Part shown: in pieces, positions 48,123 to 56,582 of the stretch
Layout of the letters: every line of letters begins with the position of its first letter
Numbering within the stretch: the first letter of the stretch is position 1
Made by a program: the position numbers and the translations under genes
Assembly: GCA_965223325.1 (NCBI GenBank)
Contig: CBDCWI010000002.1
Location: 2,944,001-3,008,000 of the forward strand
Direction of reading: 5' to 3'
DNA from: Candidatus Multivoradales bacterium
GTDB lineage: Bacteria; Acidobacteriota; Thermoanaerobaculia; Multivoradales; Multivoraceae
DNA length: 64,000 nucleotides
Notes under the pieces: generated by a model
Database searches by the model: none
What the model was told of the DNA's origin: nothing
Seen by the model: only the letters and a program-made list of their open reading frames with translations

Positions 48123-50081
48123 TCAAACGACGGCCAGAGCTTCGGGCTGTTCGTCCAGAGCTCGGCGCACCGCCTCGCCGATCGCCGCCCTCGTGTAGGG
48201 CTTGGGCACGTACTGGCGGGCACCGCCGTCGAGCGCCTCGGCAATGCGACCCCGTTGCGAAAACCCGCTGGCGATTACGCAACGCTGAGCCGGGCGGCGG
48301 CGCAGAATGTGGCGCAACGTGGTCAGACCGTCGAAGTCCTCCTCCATCACCATGTCGAGAATCACCACGTCGGCGTCGTGCTCACCCAGCCACTCGATGG
48401 CTTCGCGCCCTGAACAAACAGCCTCCACGGCGTACCCGAGGTCACCGAGCAAACTCGCCGCCAGCTCGCGCTGTTCCGGCTCGTCGTCGACAACCAGGAT
48501 CTTCTCCTCGCCCTCGAACGACGTGGGACGAGGCAGGGTCAAGACGCCAGAGACTCCCTCGAGCGTCGGCAGGTAGACCCGGAAAGTCGTGCCCTCGCTG
48601 GGATGGCCGGTCAAGACGTCAACGCACCCACCCATATCTCGCACCACACCCCAGACGACGGCCAGACCGAGACCGGTTCCGCTACGACCCAGTTTGCGGG
48701 TGGCGTAGAACGGTTCGAAGATCCGCCCCAGGTCGTCAGCATCGATCGGCGGCCCTGAATCTGAGACTTCGATCATCGAGTAGGTACCCGCCGGATTCGG
48801 TTCGTAGCCCACGACGTCTTCTTCGAGCACCACCGGGCGCACGACCAGACTGACATGACCTGAACCGCCGGTCGCGTCGAACGCGTTGGCGAGCAGGTTG
48901 ACGACCACCTGCGTCAGGTGAGCCCCAGAGCCTTCGATCGGACGCACGTGCTCGTTGACGTCAAAGACCAGCTTGACCCCCGGAAAGCGCTCCTGTAGCT
49001 CCGTGACAATGGTGGACTCGCTGCAACTCTGGACGACTTCCGGTATCCGCACCGCCTGACTGGTCCAGGCGCTCCGGCGAGAGAGTGTCAACAGATCCTG
49101 AATGACCGCCGCCGCACGCTGAGCGCTCTGCTTGATGACCATCAACCAGCGCCGCTGTGGACTGTCTGGATCGACATGTTCGGCGATCAGGTCGGGATAG
49201 CCGACGATCGGACCCAGAATGTTGTTGAGATCGTGGGCGACTCCGCCTGCGAGGAACCCCAGAGACTCCATGCGCTCGGAACGCTCCAGCCGCACCTGCA
49301 GATCGCGTTCTCGATCCTGCAGTTCCTTGAGCTCGGCAACCCAGGCCGAAAGCTCGCCGTGTGCCGTGCGCAGCTCTTCATCCCGGGTTTCGACTTCCTC
49401 GAGCATACGGTTGAAGGTTCGCGTCAGCCGCTTGAGTTCGGGATCGCGAGGCTCGGCAGCGCGCAGTGAAAAATCGCCAGTCACCGAGACCTGGCCGGCG
49501 ACGTCGGCAAGGTCTGAGAGCGGTCGCCACAAGAGCGTCGCCCAAAGCCGGGAGAGTAGAGCCATCGAGAGGGCACAAACGGCGACCAGCAGACTGAGAA
49601 GTAGCCACTCACGGGCCAGCATGCCGTTCCAGGACAACTTGCGTTGGGCGAGGACCAGTTTGTAGCCATCCATGCCCGGCGGTTCACGCGCCACCAGCAG
49701 CAGGCCATCGATTTCGGCGCCGCGACGGCGCGAGGCTCGTTCGAGCCAGTCACCCGGAAGCTTCTCGAGCTCGATTGGTTGCGTGCCAACCCGCGCGTGT
49801 ACCTGACGTCCTGGATCGAACAGAAGCGTTTCGGCGATCTCGGAATCTGCCTGCACGAAAGAAATCGCCTTATGGGTGGGGCTCGGTAGGCGAGCCAGCG
49901 TCTCGGCTGCGACCAGCGCGTACACGTCTGCCTGGCGCGCCAGGGCCTCGAGACCCTGCTGCTCGTAGAGCCGCGATCTCTCGGCGAGATAGAGCACCAC
50001 GGCCAGCGAGACCGCAGCCATCGCCGCGATCAACGTCGTGTTCCTCAGTCGTTTCCGAAAGCTGGTGCTGGGGAGATTCAT
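48123..50081 (-). CDS. Hybrid sensor histidine kinase (2 TM, HAMP, HisKA, HATPase, receiver)
   Basis: GGVAHDLNNIL, NLLANA, FEPFY, GTGLGL, VVDDE, ILDMVM, PKP. Confidence 0.93.
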   Translation of the reverse strand: MNLPSTSFRKRLRNTTLIAAMAAVSLAVVLYLAERSRLYEQQGLEALARQADVYALVAAETLARLPSPTHKAISFVQADSEIAETLLFDPGRQVHARVGTQPIELEKLPGDWLERASRRRGAEIDGLLLVAREPPGMDGYKLVLAQRKLSWNGMLAREWLLLSLLVAVCALSMALLSRLWATLLWRPLSDLADVAGQVSVTGDFSLRAAEPRDPELKRLTRTFNRMLEEVETRDEELRTAHGELSAWVAELKELQDRERDLQVRLERSERMESLGFLAGGVAHDLNNILGPIVGYPDLIAEHVDPDSPQRRWLMVIKQSAQRAAAVIQDLLTLSRRSAWTSQAVRIPEVVQSCSESTIVTELQERFPGVKLVFDVNEHVRPIEGSGAHLTQVVVNLLANAFDATGGSGHVSLVVRPVVLEEDVVGYEPNPAGTYSMIEVSDSGPPIDADDLGRIFEPFYATRKLGRSGTGLGLAVVWGVVRDMGGCVDVLTGHPSEGTTFRVYLPTLEGVSGVLTLPRPTSFEGEEKILVVDDEPEQRELAASLLGDLGYAVEAVCSGREAIEWLGEHDADVVILDMVMEEDFDGLTTLRHILRRRPAQRCVIASGFSQRGRIAEALDGGARQYVPKPYTRAAIGEAVRRALDEQPEALAVV

Positions 50082-50360
50082 GGCAGGATCGGTCTCGGCA
50101 CTTTCAGGAGCAGAAAGGCCACATCAAGTTATCGATTGTATCATATATTTCTATTAATTCGCTGATAACTACACTGCGTGGTGCGCAAGCGAGCGGCCCC
50201 GTCCGCACACCACGTCAGGCCTCGACTCACAGGAATAGGCTGGGGTCCTCGCCCGGTTGCCATGCGCAGATTCCGCACTCGGATCCCCCTGCGGGGGGAC
50301 CTGGACCGGTTCCCGACGCGCCGACCCAAAGCCCCGAAGGGCCCAACGGAGGACTTGCCA

Positions 50361-51500
50361 TTGAACACCACCACCTCCGCCACGGGTGTCCTGAGCGGGC
50401 TTCTGCTCGCGTTTCTGGCCTACTCAGCCGGCGCCCCAACCATTGCCCAGGAGGTCGACGCGCCGGCACCGGAACTGGTCGTTGAAGCCCAGGAGTGGAT
50501 CCAGGGCGGCGCTCGCCCGGACTGGTCGGCGCGCGGCGACTGGGTGGCCTTCGACCGCCGAGACGCCGACGGTCGCTACCAGGTCTGGGCGCGCGACGTG
50601 GTCGCGGGAGGAGAACGCTGCATCACCTGCGACCTCGCCAACGTTCGCAAGAACAACAACCTGAGCCCCGCCTGGCACCCTTCGGGTGAGTACCTGGCGT
50701 TCCTCTCGCAGAGCTACCCCAAGAAGCTCGATCTCGAACCGCAGGACCTGGTGACCCCGGACCGCGGCCTGCACACCGAGATCTACCTGGCGCGCTTCGA
50801 CCGCAAGGGGTTCTGGCAGTTGACGCGCATCGATGACCTGGGCTCGGCAGCTCTCGATCCCCACTTCTCGTTCGACGGCGACCGCCTTGCCTGGGCCGAG
50901 CGCATGGGCACCAAGACCGGGCACTACGGAAGTTGGCGCCTGCGGACTGCCAAGTTGGCGATCAAGCGCGGAGTCCCGAGGCTGGGGTCGCCGAAGTCCT
51001 ACCGCGTTGGTGACCAAGAGGGCATTCGGCTGGCTCACGAGTTCAGCCCCGACGACCAGGGGCTCCTGATCTCAGGCAACCTGCAAGACGGTCAACCCGA
51101 AACCGGCATCGACCTGTATCGGCTCGACCTCGGCAGCAGAGAGCTCACCCGGCTGACCCGCTCACGCCCGCACGCCGACGGGCATGCCCATGTCACGCCA
51201 CGCGGCGAACACGTCGTCTGGTCGACCAACATCGGCCAGTACCCGCGTGAACCGCCGCGCGTTCTCGATCCCCGCTTGCTCCGCGATCTCTGGATCATGC
51301 GCATCGACGGCAGCGAAAAGAGTCGACTCACCCACTTCAACGCCTCGTCGCGCGAAGAGTCACTTGGCGAGGCCTGGGTCGGCGACTTCTCGTTCTCACC
51401 CGAGGGTCATCGCCTGGCGGTACACGTCATGTCGCCAGCGGCGGGCGAGGTGAAGGAAGCGATCTGGCTTCTGACCCTCGATGAGTCCTTTCGCCGTTAG
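50361..51500 (+). CDS. Secreted TolB/PD40-like beta-propeller protein
   Basis: Repeated W/F-S-P-D/E-G motifs (PDWSARG, PAWHPSG, FSFDG, FSPDD, FSPEG); signal peptide; TTG start after GGAGGA. Confidence 0.8.
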   Translation: MNTTTSATGVLSGLLLAFLAYSAGAPTIAQEVDAPAPELVVEAQEWIQGGARPDWSARGDWVAFDRRDADGRYQVWARDVVAGGERCITCDLANVRKNNNLSPAWHPSGEYLAFLSQSYPKKLDLEPQDLVTPDRGLHTEIYLARFDRKGFWQLTRIDDLGSAALDPHFSFDGDRLAWAERMGTKTGHYGSWRLRTAKLAIKRGVPRLGSPKSYRVGDQEGIRLAHEFSPDDQGLLISGNLQDGQPETGIDLYRLDLGSRELTRLTRSRPHADGHAHVTPRGEHVVWSTNIGQYPREPPRVLDPRLLRDLWIMRIDGSEKSRLTHFNASSREESLGEAWVGDFSFSPEGHRLAVHVMSPAAGEVKEAIWLLTLDESFRR

Positions 51501-51603
51501 CGACACGTCGGACCGCACAGGGCACGCTTCGACCGCAAAACCCGTATTCCTCGTCTTATAGAATTTCCGCGGAGGACCAGCGCCACCCAGGTCTCGATCC
51601 GCA

Positions 51604-51984
51604 ATGCACTCAGATCAACTTCCCCCTCAAGCCCGAGCCAACGGTGGCTTCACCCTGGTTGAGGTCGTCATCGCCCTTCTGCTGGTGGCGATCGCTCTCA
51701 CGATGACCCTTCCGCTGCTCGTCGAACAGCCGCGCATCCAGGCGCGTCTCGAGGCAAAACGCGACGCCCTGATCGCCATCGAAGGAGGGCTCGAAGCGGT
51801 TCGCGCAGGGGCACTACCGCTCGTGCCTGGCACCATCCAGATCGACGACACCTCGCCAGAACTCTTCCTGACGGTTGAGCCCAACAGGATCCCCGACCTC
51901 TACGACGTCACCGTCGAAGCGCGCTGGACCCTGCAGAACCGGGATTGGAAGAGTTCGATCAGCACCCGGGTCTGGCGACCATGA
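51604..51984 (+). CDS. Prepilin-type minor pilin (GspI/PilV-like)
   Basis: Class III signal GFTLVEVVIALLLV. Confidence 0.8.
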   Translation: MHSDQLPPQARANGGFTLVEVVIALLLVAIALTMTLPLLVEQPRIQARLEAKRDALIAIEGGLEAVRAGALPLVPGTIQIDDTSPELFLTVEPNRIPDLYDVTVEARWTLQNRDWKSSISTRVWRP

Positions 51985-52580
51985 AGAAGAGCGCTCTTTC
52001 GAGCAGAGAGGCTGGCTTCACCATCCTCGAGCTGGTCATCGCCAGCACCGTCCTGCTGGTCGTTCTGTTGTTGGCTGGCCAGATTCTGGTCGAATCCCGG
52101 CGCATGATGCATCGTTCGGCGCTCAACCGAACGGACCGGGCGCCCGAGTCTGCCCTCACGCTCCTGCGACGCGACATCCACGCCGCCCGCGCGATCGACG
52201 GTGCAGCACCGATCGTCTTCACCAGCGAGACGCTCACGCTTGTCTTGCCCCAGAGCGTCATCGCCTACCGTTTGGCGATCGGGAAGACCGAGGAAGTAGA
52301 AGACCTGGAGGAGATGCGGCGCGGCTGCCTCTACCGCACTGTCTGGAACGAAAAGGGCGAGCTGGTCGGCCGGCGCTGTGCGCTCGCGGGCGTTTCGTCT
52401 TTCCGCTGGCGCCAACTCGGTTCGAACCTGGTTGAAGTCGAGGCCAAACGCCTCCTCGAGCATTCGACACCCGGCACACAGCTCATGGCAGACAACCGCT
52501 TTTTCAAGGATGGGCTCCAAGAGGACGACTTTCGCATGATCGCGGCCCTGCGCGGCGGCCGGAACGGCGCATCGTGGTGA
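51981..52580 (+). CDS. Prepilin-type minor pilin (GspJ/PilW-like)
   Basis: GFTILELVIA, L.RDIH.A helix; ATGA overlap. Confidence 0.8.
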   Translation: MKKSALSSREAGFTILELVIASTVLLVVLLLAGQILVESRRMMHRSALNRTDRAPESALTLLRRDIHAARAIDGAAPIVFTSETLTLVLPQSVIAYRLAIGKTEEVEDLEEMRRGCLYRTVWNEKGELVGRRCALAGVSSFRWRQLGSNLVEVEAKRLLEHSTPGTQLMADNRFFKDGLQEDDFRMIAALRGGRNGASW

Positions 52581-52999
52581 GTCGGCGAGACCGGCAGCCC
52601 AACGGCGAAGAAGGGGTGGCGCTCTTCATGGCTTTGGTGGTGCTGCTCATCGTCTCCGCAGCGATGGCGATCCTCGCCGCCGCCATTCAATTTGACAACG
52701 CCGATGTCAGAAATCTCGAGCGTGAACTCCAAGTGAACGCCCTGCGAGACCTGGCGCTCGCCGAAACGGTTGCGAAAATCGCGGAGACGCCCGGCTACAG
52801 TGGCTACGGCGGACTCAGACGACGGGTGGTCAAGGGAGGGTGGCTCGAGTCCGAGGTCATCCAGCTCTCTTCGAAGACCCTGATCGTCGAAGTGCGGGTG
52901 AGCTTCGGCGGCCTCCGAAGAGGGGCAAGCGCACGGGTTCGACTGCGAGAGAAGCTGCCGCCGACCGTATCGGGATGGCAAGCCCTACGCGTTCGGTGA
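52577..52999 (+). CDS. Atypical minor pilin (GspK/PilX-like)
   Basis: EEG-VALFMALVVLLI lacking Glu5, as in K/X-type pilins; GTGA overlap. Confidence 0.7.
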   Translation: MSRRDRQPNGEEGVALFMALVVLLIVSAAMAILAAAIQFDNADVRNLERELQVNALRDLALAETVAKIAETPGYSGYGGLRRRVVKGGWLESEVIQLSSKTLIVEVRVSFGGLRRGASARVRLREKLPPTVSGWQALRVR

Positions 53000-53030
53000 A
53001 CCCTGGTCGCCACCAGCGCCCATCGCTAGG

Positions 53031-53495
53031 TCAGCGTCGGAAGTCGTCGAGTCGAACGACTTCGGCATGGCCATCGCCACCGGGGGCCATTTCGCTGGAC
53101 GGCATGGCGGACTCTGCATCCTCGCCTTCGGAGTCGCTCTGGCTTCCCGGAGCCTGCAGCTGTAACCCGAACTCCGCCGACGGGTCGGCGAAGACTGTGA
53201 TCGAAGACCACGGAACCTCGATGCGCTCCTCGACGCCGCTGAAGCGAAGGGTCACCGAGAAGCTCTCCTCGCCAACCAGAAGGTTCCAGAACTGATGCTG
53301 GAGAACCACCGTCATCTCTTCCGGATAGCGACCGCGTAGTTCCTCCGAGAGGTAGACACCCGGCCACTCGGTGCGGAAGGTGATGTAGAAGTGGTGCCCG
53401 TCGGGCAGGCCGTCCTCACTGACACCGAGCATGACCCCGCGCACCACGCCGCGTAGTGCTTCATCCAACCGATGCTCGTAGTCGATGGCAGACAT
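53031..53495 (-). CDS. sspB: ClpXP adaptor SspB (alphaproteobacterial type)
   Basis: IDY....ALRGVV, GLP..HHFYITF.T, YPEEMTVVLQHQFWNL, FADPS..FGLQ, C-terminal EVVRLDDFRR. Confidence 0.9.
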   Translation of the reverse strand: MSAIDYEHRLDEALRGVVRGVMLGVSEDGLPDGHHFYITFRTEWPGVYLSEELRGRYPEEMTVVLQHQFWNLLVGEESFSVTLRFSGVEERIEVPWSSITVFADPSAEFGLQLQAPGSQSDSEGEDAESAMPSSEMAPGGDGHAEVVRLDDFRR

Positions 53496-53506
53496 CAAGT
53501 GATCTC

Positions 53507-53568
53507 GAAGTGCTGTTCGGAGGTGCTGTTCAGAGGTGCTCTTCAGAAGTGCACTTCAGAAGTGCTCT
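53507..53568. repeat. Tandem array of a quasi-palindromic 13-mer (about 4.7 copies)
   Basis: GAAGTGCTGTTCG / GAGGTGCTGTTCA / GAGGTGCTCTTCA / GAAGTGCACTTCA / GAAGTGCTCT. Confidence 0.85.
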
Positions 53569-53721
53569 GGGGCCTCCTGGAAGACCTCGTATTGGCCTCG
53601 GGGAACGGCTCCGGCATATGGAGGGGGGTCGCGGTCAAGCCGCTTCGAGGCATCGTAGCACCGGATTTTCCGGCCCGCAGCTCGCCCGAGGCAGCCTGTT
53701 TCATAGGCCGCTAGAGCCCCT

Positions 53722-54831
53722 TCAGGCTGTCGCCAGCTCGGCGCTGCGCAGACGCGCATAGGCCGGGCCGTCGACGCAGCGGCGGTCTTCGAGGTCACGG
53801 TTGATGTCCTCTGCCCACCGGCCCGACTCAGCCTCCGGTCCGGCAATCAACGACACGAGCTCGGAACCGAAACCTGAACCGTAGGAGAAGGCCGCAATGC
53901 GTTCACCCTGCAGTCGACCCTGTAGAGCCTGCGCCACCGAAATCCACAGGCTCGCCGTGTAGGCGTTACCGCTCAGTCGGTTCCAGAGCATCGTCGGCTC
54001 GACCTTCTCCTTGATGAACTCGGCGGCACGCTCGGCGGTCATGCCAAACACCTCTGCAACGCGCGTCGCGGCTTTCAAGACCATCTTGGGAAAGGGTACG
54101 TGGAAGCAGATGGCGGCGAATGTCTCGAGCGCCTTCTCTGGATCGCGTTCCTGCATCAAGGAACGGAAGCAGGCTTCGGCCGCCCGCTTGTAGCACTCCA
54201 GGCTGAGCTTGCCGTCGACGGTCGGGTACTCGTGGCCTACCGGTCGGAAGAAGTCGAACTGCGGATCACTGAAGGTGTAGGAGGTCGGCTCGATCTCAGC
54301 GATCAGCGGTCGATCGACAACGAACGCCACCGCGCCGGCACCCTGCGTCGGCTCGCCCGGATCGCCCGGTTCGTAGAGGGCGACGTCGGCTGCCACCACC
54401 AGAGCGGCGCGCCCAGCCGCGGCACCCGAAAGGCGCCACTCGGCAGCCTGACGAAGCGCCAGGGTCCCGCCGTAGCAGGCGTGCTTCACTTCGTACGAAC
54501 GGATCTGGCCCGAAAGGTCGAGCCGATCGGCAACGAAGGCCGACAACGGCCGACTCATGTCGACCGCTGACTCGGTTCCCACCGCGATCATGCCAATGTC
54601 TCGAGGGTCACCCTCCCAACGCGCGAGGGCTCGCCGCGCGGCAACGCTCGCCAGGTCGACAACCGTGTACTCCGGTGGACAGAGCGAGAACTCGGAGCAT
54701 CCGAGTCCTACCAGATACTTCTTCGGATCTTCGCCGCGCAGTTGCGCGAGATCTTCGACCCGCATCGCAAGTGGCGGCAGGTGGAGACCAATCGAGGCAA
54801 TTCCGGTTTTGTCGAGCTTGTCAAAGGCCAT
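53722..54831 (-). CDS. mvaS: Hydroxymethylglutaryl-CoA synthase
   Basis: VGTES..D, KHACYGGT (catalytic Cys), GEPTQGAGAVA, FDFFRP, FHVPF.KM, GNAYTASL, FSYGSG. Confidence 0.88.
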   Translation of the reverse strand: MAFDKLDKTGIASIGLHLPPLAMRVEDLAQLRGEDPKKYLVGLGCSEFSLCPPEYTVVDLASVAARRALARWEGDPRDIGMIAVGTESAVDMSRPLSAFVADRLDLSGQIRSYEVKHACYGGTLALRQAAEWRLSGAAAGRAALVVAADVALYEPGDPGEPTQGAGAVAFVVDRPLIAEIEPTSYTFSDPQFDFFRPVGHEYPTVDGKLSLECYKRAAEACFRSLMQERDPEKALETFAAICFHVPFPKMVLKAATRVAEVFGMTAERAAEFIKEKVEPTMLWNRLSGNAYTASLWISVAQALQGRLQGERIAAFSYGSGFGSELVSLIAGPEAESGRWAEDINRDLEDRRCVDGPAYARLRSAELATA

Positions 54832-55176
54832 AAGGCTGTGCCTCTCCACCGAGGTGGTCCGTTTCGTTGTGCTTACCAGAAGTGCGGTCGGGGCTCACCG
54901 CTGGAGGCCCGCAGCGCAGCGCCAGGCGAGTGTGGCGCGCAAACATGTCAATTGAAAGGCTTGGGTGTGGCGGTCTGAGGCCCGGCCGCCGCCGACCTGA
55001 CCTACGCCCGACAGGTTGCGCAGGTTTCGGGATCGGCGGCCAACGGGCCACCCGAAGGGGGCTCGTCGAGGGTTTGCTCGGAGCGCAACGCCGATCATAT
55101 CGAAGCCGGCGCGGATGCCCGCCGGAGCAGGTGGCCCCTGGGACCCCGCTCGACTTCCACGGGCGTCACGGCAGCC

Positions 55177-56136
55177 TCAGTTCAGGTCGCGCGCGCAACG
55201 GAAGCCGGTGTGGTCTAGACCCGAGTCCGGGGTCGCCTGGTTGCGCTTGTCGATCCGGTAGCCCTCGCAGAAGCTCGCCGAACAGAGGAACGAACCACCG
55301 CGCATGACCCGAGGAGCCTCTGCTGCATCCGGTGAGCCGACGCGGGGCGCACGCGGCTGCTGGGAGACGCCCCGCGGGTCGTAGACGTCTTCGGTCCACT
55401 CCCAGGCATTGCCCGCCATGTCGTAGAGACCGTAGCCATTGGGGGCGAATGAAGCGACCGGGGCGAGCGACGATTGGAAGCCGTCGAAGCCCTTGTCTTC
55501 GGCAGGAAAGTCGCCCTGCCAGAGGTTGGCGGGCACGTGCGTCGCATCGTGCTCGGTGGGTGGGTCGTCTCCCCAGGGAAAGCGAACGTCGACCTCGCCA
55601 CCGAGGGCCGCCCACTCCCACTCGGCCTCGCTCGGCAAACGACCGCCGCGGTGCTCGCAGAAGGCGCGCGCGTCGTTCCAACTCACCTGCACCACCGGGT
55701 GATTCGAAGGAGCCTCTGAGCCCGTCGCGCCCCGGGGCGTTCGCCAGTTCGCGCCCTCTGCTTTCAGCCACCACGGTGCCGCCACGACCCGCTCGTCGTG
55801 AGGACCGGGCTCAGAAGGTGCGAACACCAGAGACCAACCCCAACGCTCGGCATCCGTTTCGTAGCTCGTCGCTCTAACGAAAGCGGCGAAGTCGGCGGTC
55901 GTCACTTCGGTCCGGTCAATCGACAACGACTCCACCGCAAGAGTCTCGCCGCTCGCCCGTCGCCAGCGTCCGCCAGGGATGGTCACCATCCCGTCATCGC
56001 CGGGCTCGAGCGCCAGGGCTGCCGCAGCTGACTCAGCGGGCGACGCCAGAGGGGCGTCGGCAGGCTGAGTCTGGTCGCAGGCCAGAAGACCAAGGCCGAC
56101 AAGCGAAGCGACGAACAAGCGCGAGCCGAACCTCAT
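55177..56136 (-). CDS. Formylglycine-generating enzyme family lipoprotein
   Basis: Lipobox LLAC; HPVVQVSW.DA, RLPSEAEWE, NGYGLYDMAGNAWEW, RGGSFLCSASFC, GFRC. Confidence 0.9.
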   Translation of the reverse strand: MRFGSRLFVASLVGLGLLACDQTQPADAPLASPAESAAAALALEPGDDGMVTIPGGRWRRASGETLAVESLSIDRTEVTTADFAAFVRATSYETDAERWGWSLVFAPSEPGPHDERVVAAPWWLKAEGANWRTPRGATGSEAPSNHPVVQVSWNDARAFCEHRGGRLPSEAEWEWAALGGEVDVRFPWGDDPPTEHDATHVPANLWQGDFPAEDKGFDGFQSSLAPVASFAPNGYGLYDMAGNAWEWTEDVYDPRGVSQQPRAPRVGSPDAAEAPRVMRGGSFLCSASFCEGYRIDKRNQATPDSGLDHTGFRCARDLN

Positions 56137-56507
56137 GCTTCACTCTCGGGGTGCCAGCGAAAACGACTGAGATCGATACGCCCCGCCGGGCTGAAGTCGA
56201 CCCCTTCTCCTTCCAGCAAGGCGCGCTGCCGATTCTCGGCATAGCCACCCATGGCACGAGAACTGATCTCGCCCCGCGCGTTGACCACCCGCTGCCACGG
56301 AACATCGGAATCACCATCGAGCGCGAACAAGGCGTAGCCCACCTGCCGGGCGTGGCGCGAATAGCCAGCGAGCGCTGCCACCTGGCCGTAGGTCGCGACG
56401 CGCCCCGCCGGGATCTGGCGAACGACGTCATAGAACTCGAGCCAGCGGCTGTGGGACTCGCCGGGCGCGTCAGAAGCAGGCACCGGTTGAGATCTGGCAG
56501 GCGACAT
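56133..56507 (-). CDS. Alkyltransferase-like (ATL/YbaZ) MGMT-family protein
   Basis: IPAGRVATYGQVA, ARQVG, PWQRVV (Trp replaces the catalytic Cys), LL..EGV. Confidence 0.9.
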   Translation of the reverse strand: MSPARSQPVPASDAPGESHSRWLEFYDVVRQIPAGRVATYGQVAALAGYSRHARQVGYALFALDGDSDVPWQRVVNARGEISSRAMGGYAENRQRALLEGEGVDFSPAGRIDLSRFRWHPESEA

Positions 56508-56582
56508 CAGAGGCAGAGCGTACCGCTTCCGCAAGCCCCCAAGCCTGGCGCCCACAGGAGGCCCCTGTATTCTCCTGGACCC

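Noticed and set aside
50131-50160. dif (XerCD) site
   Set aside because: AT-rich, but a poor match to both the XerC and XerD arms.
53507-53568. CRISPR array
   Set aside because: Units are 13 bp, directly abutting with no spacers, and no cas genes are present.
54850-55170. Riboswitch upstream of mvaS
   Set aside because: GC-rich stems are present, but I could not match c-di-GMP, SAH, ZTP or other consensus motifs by eye; needs cmscan.
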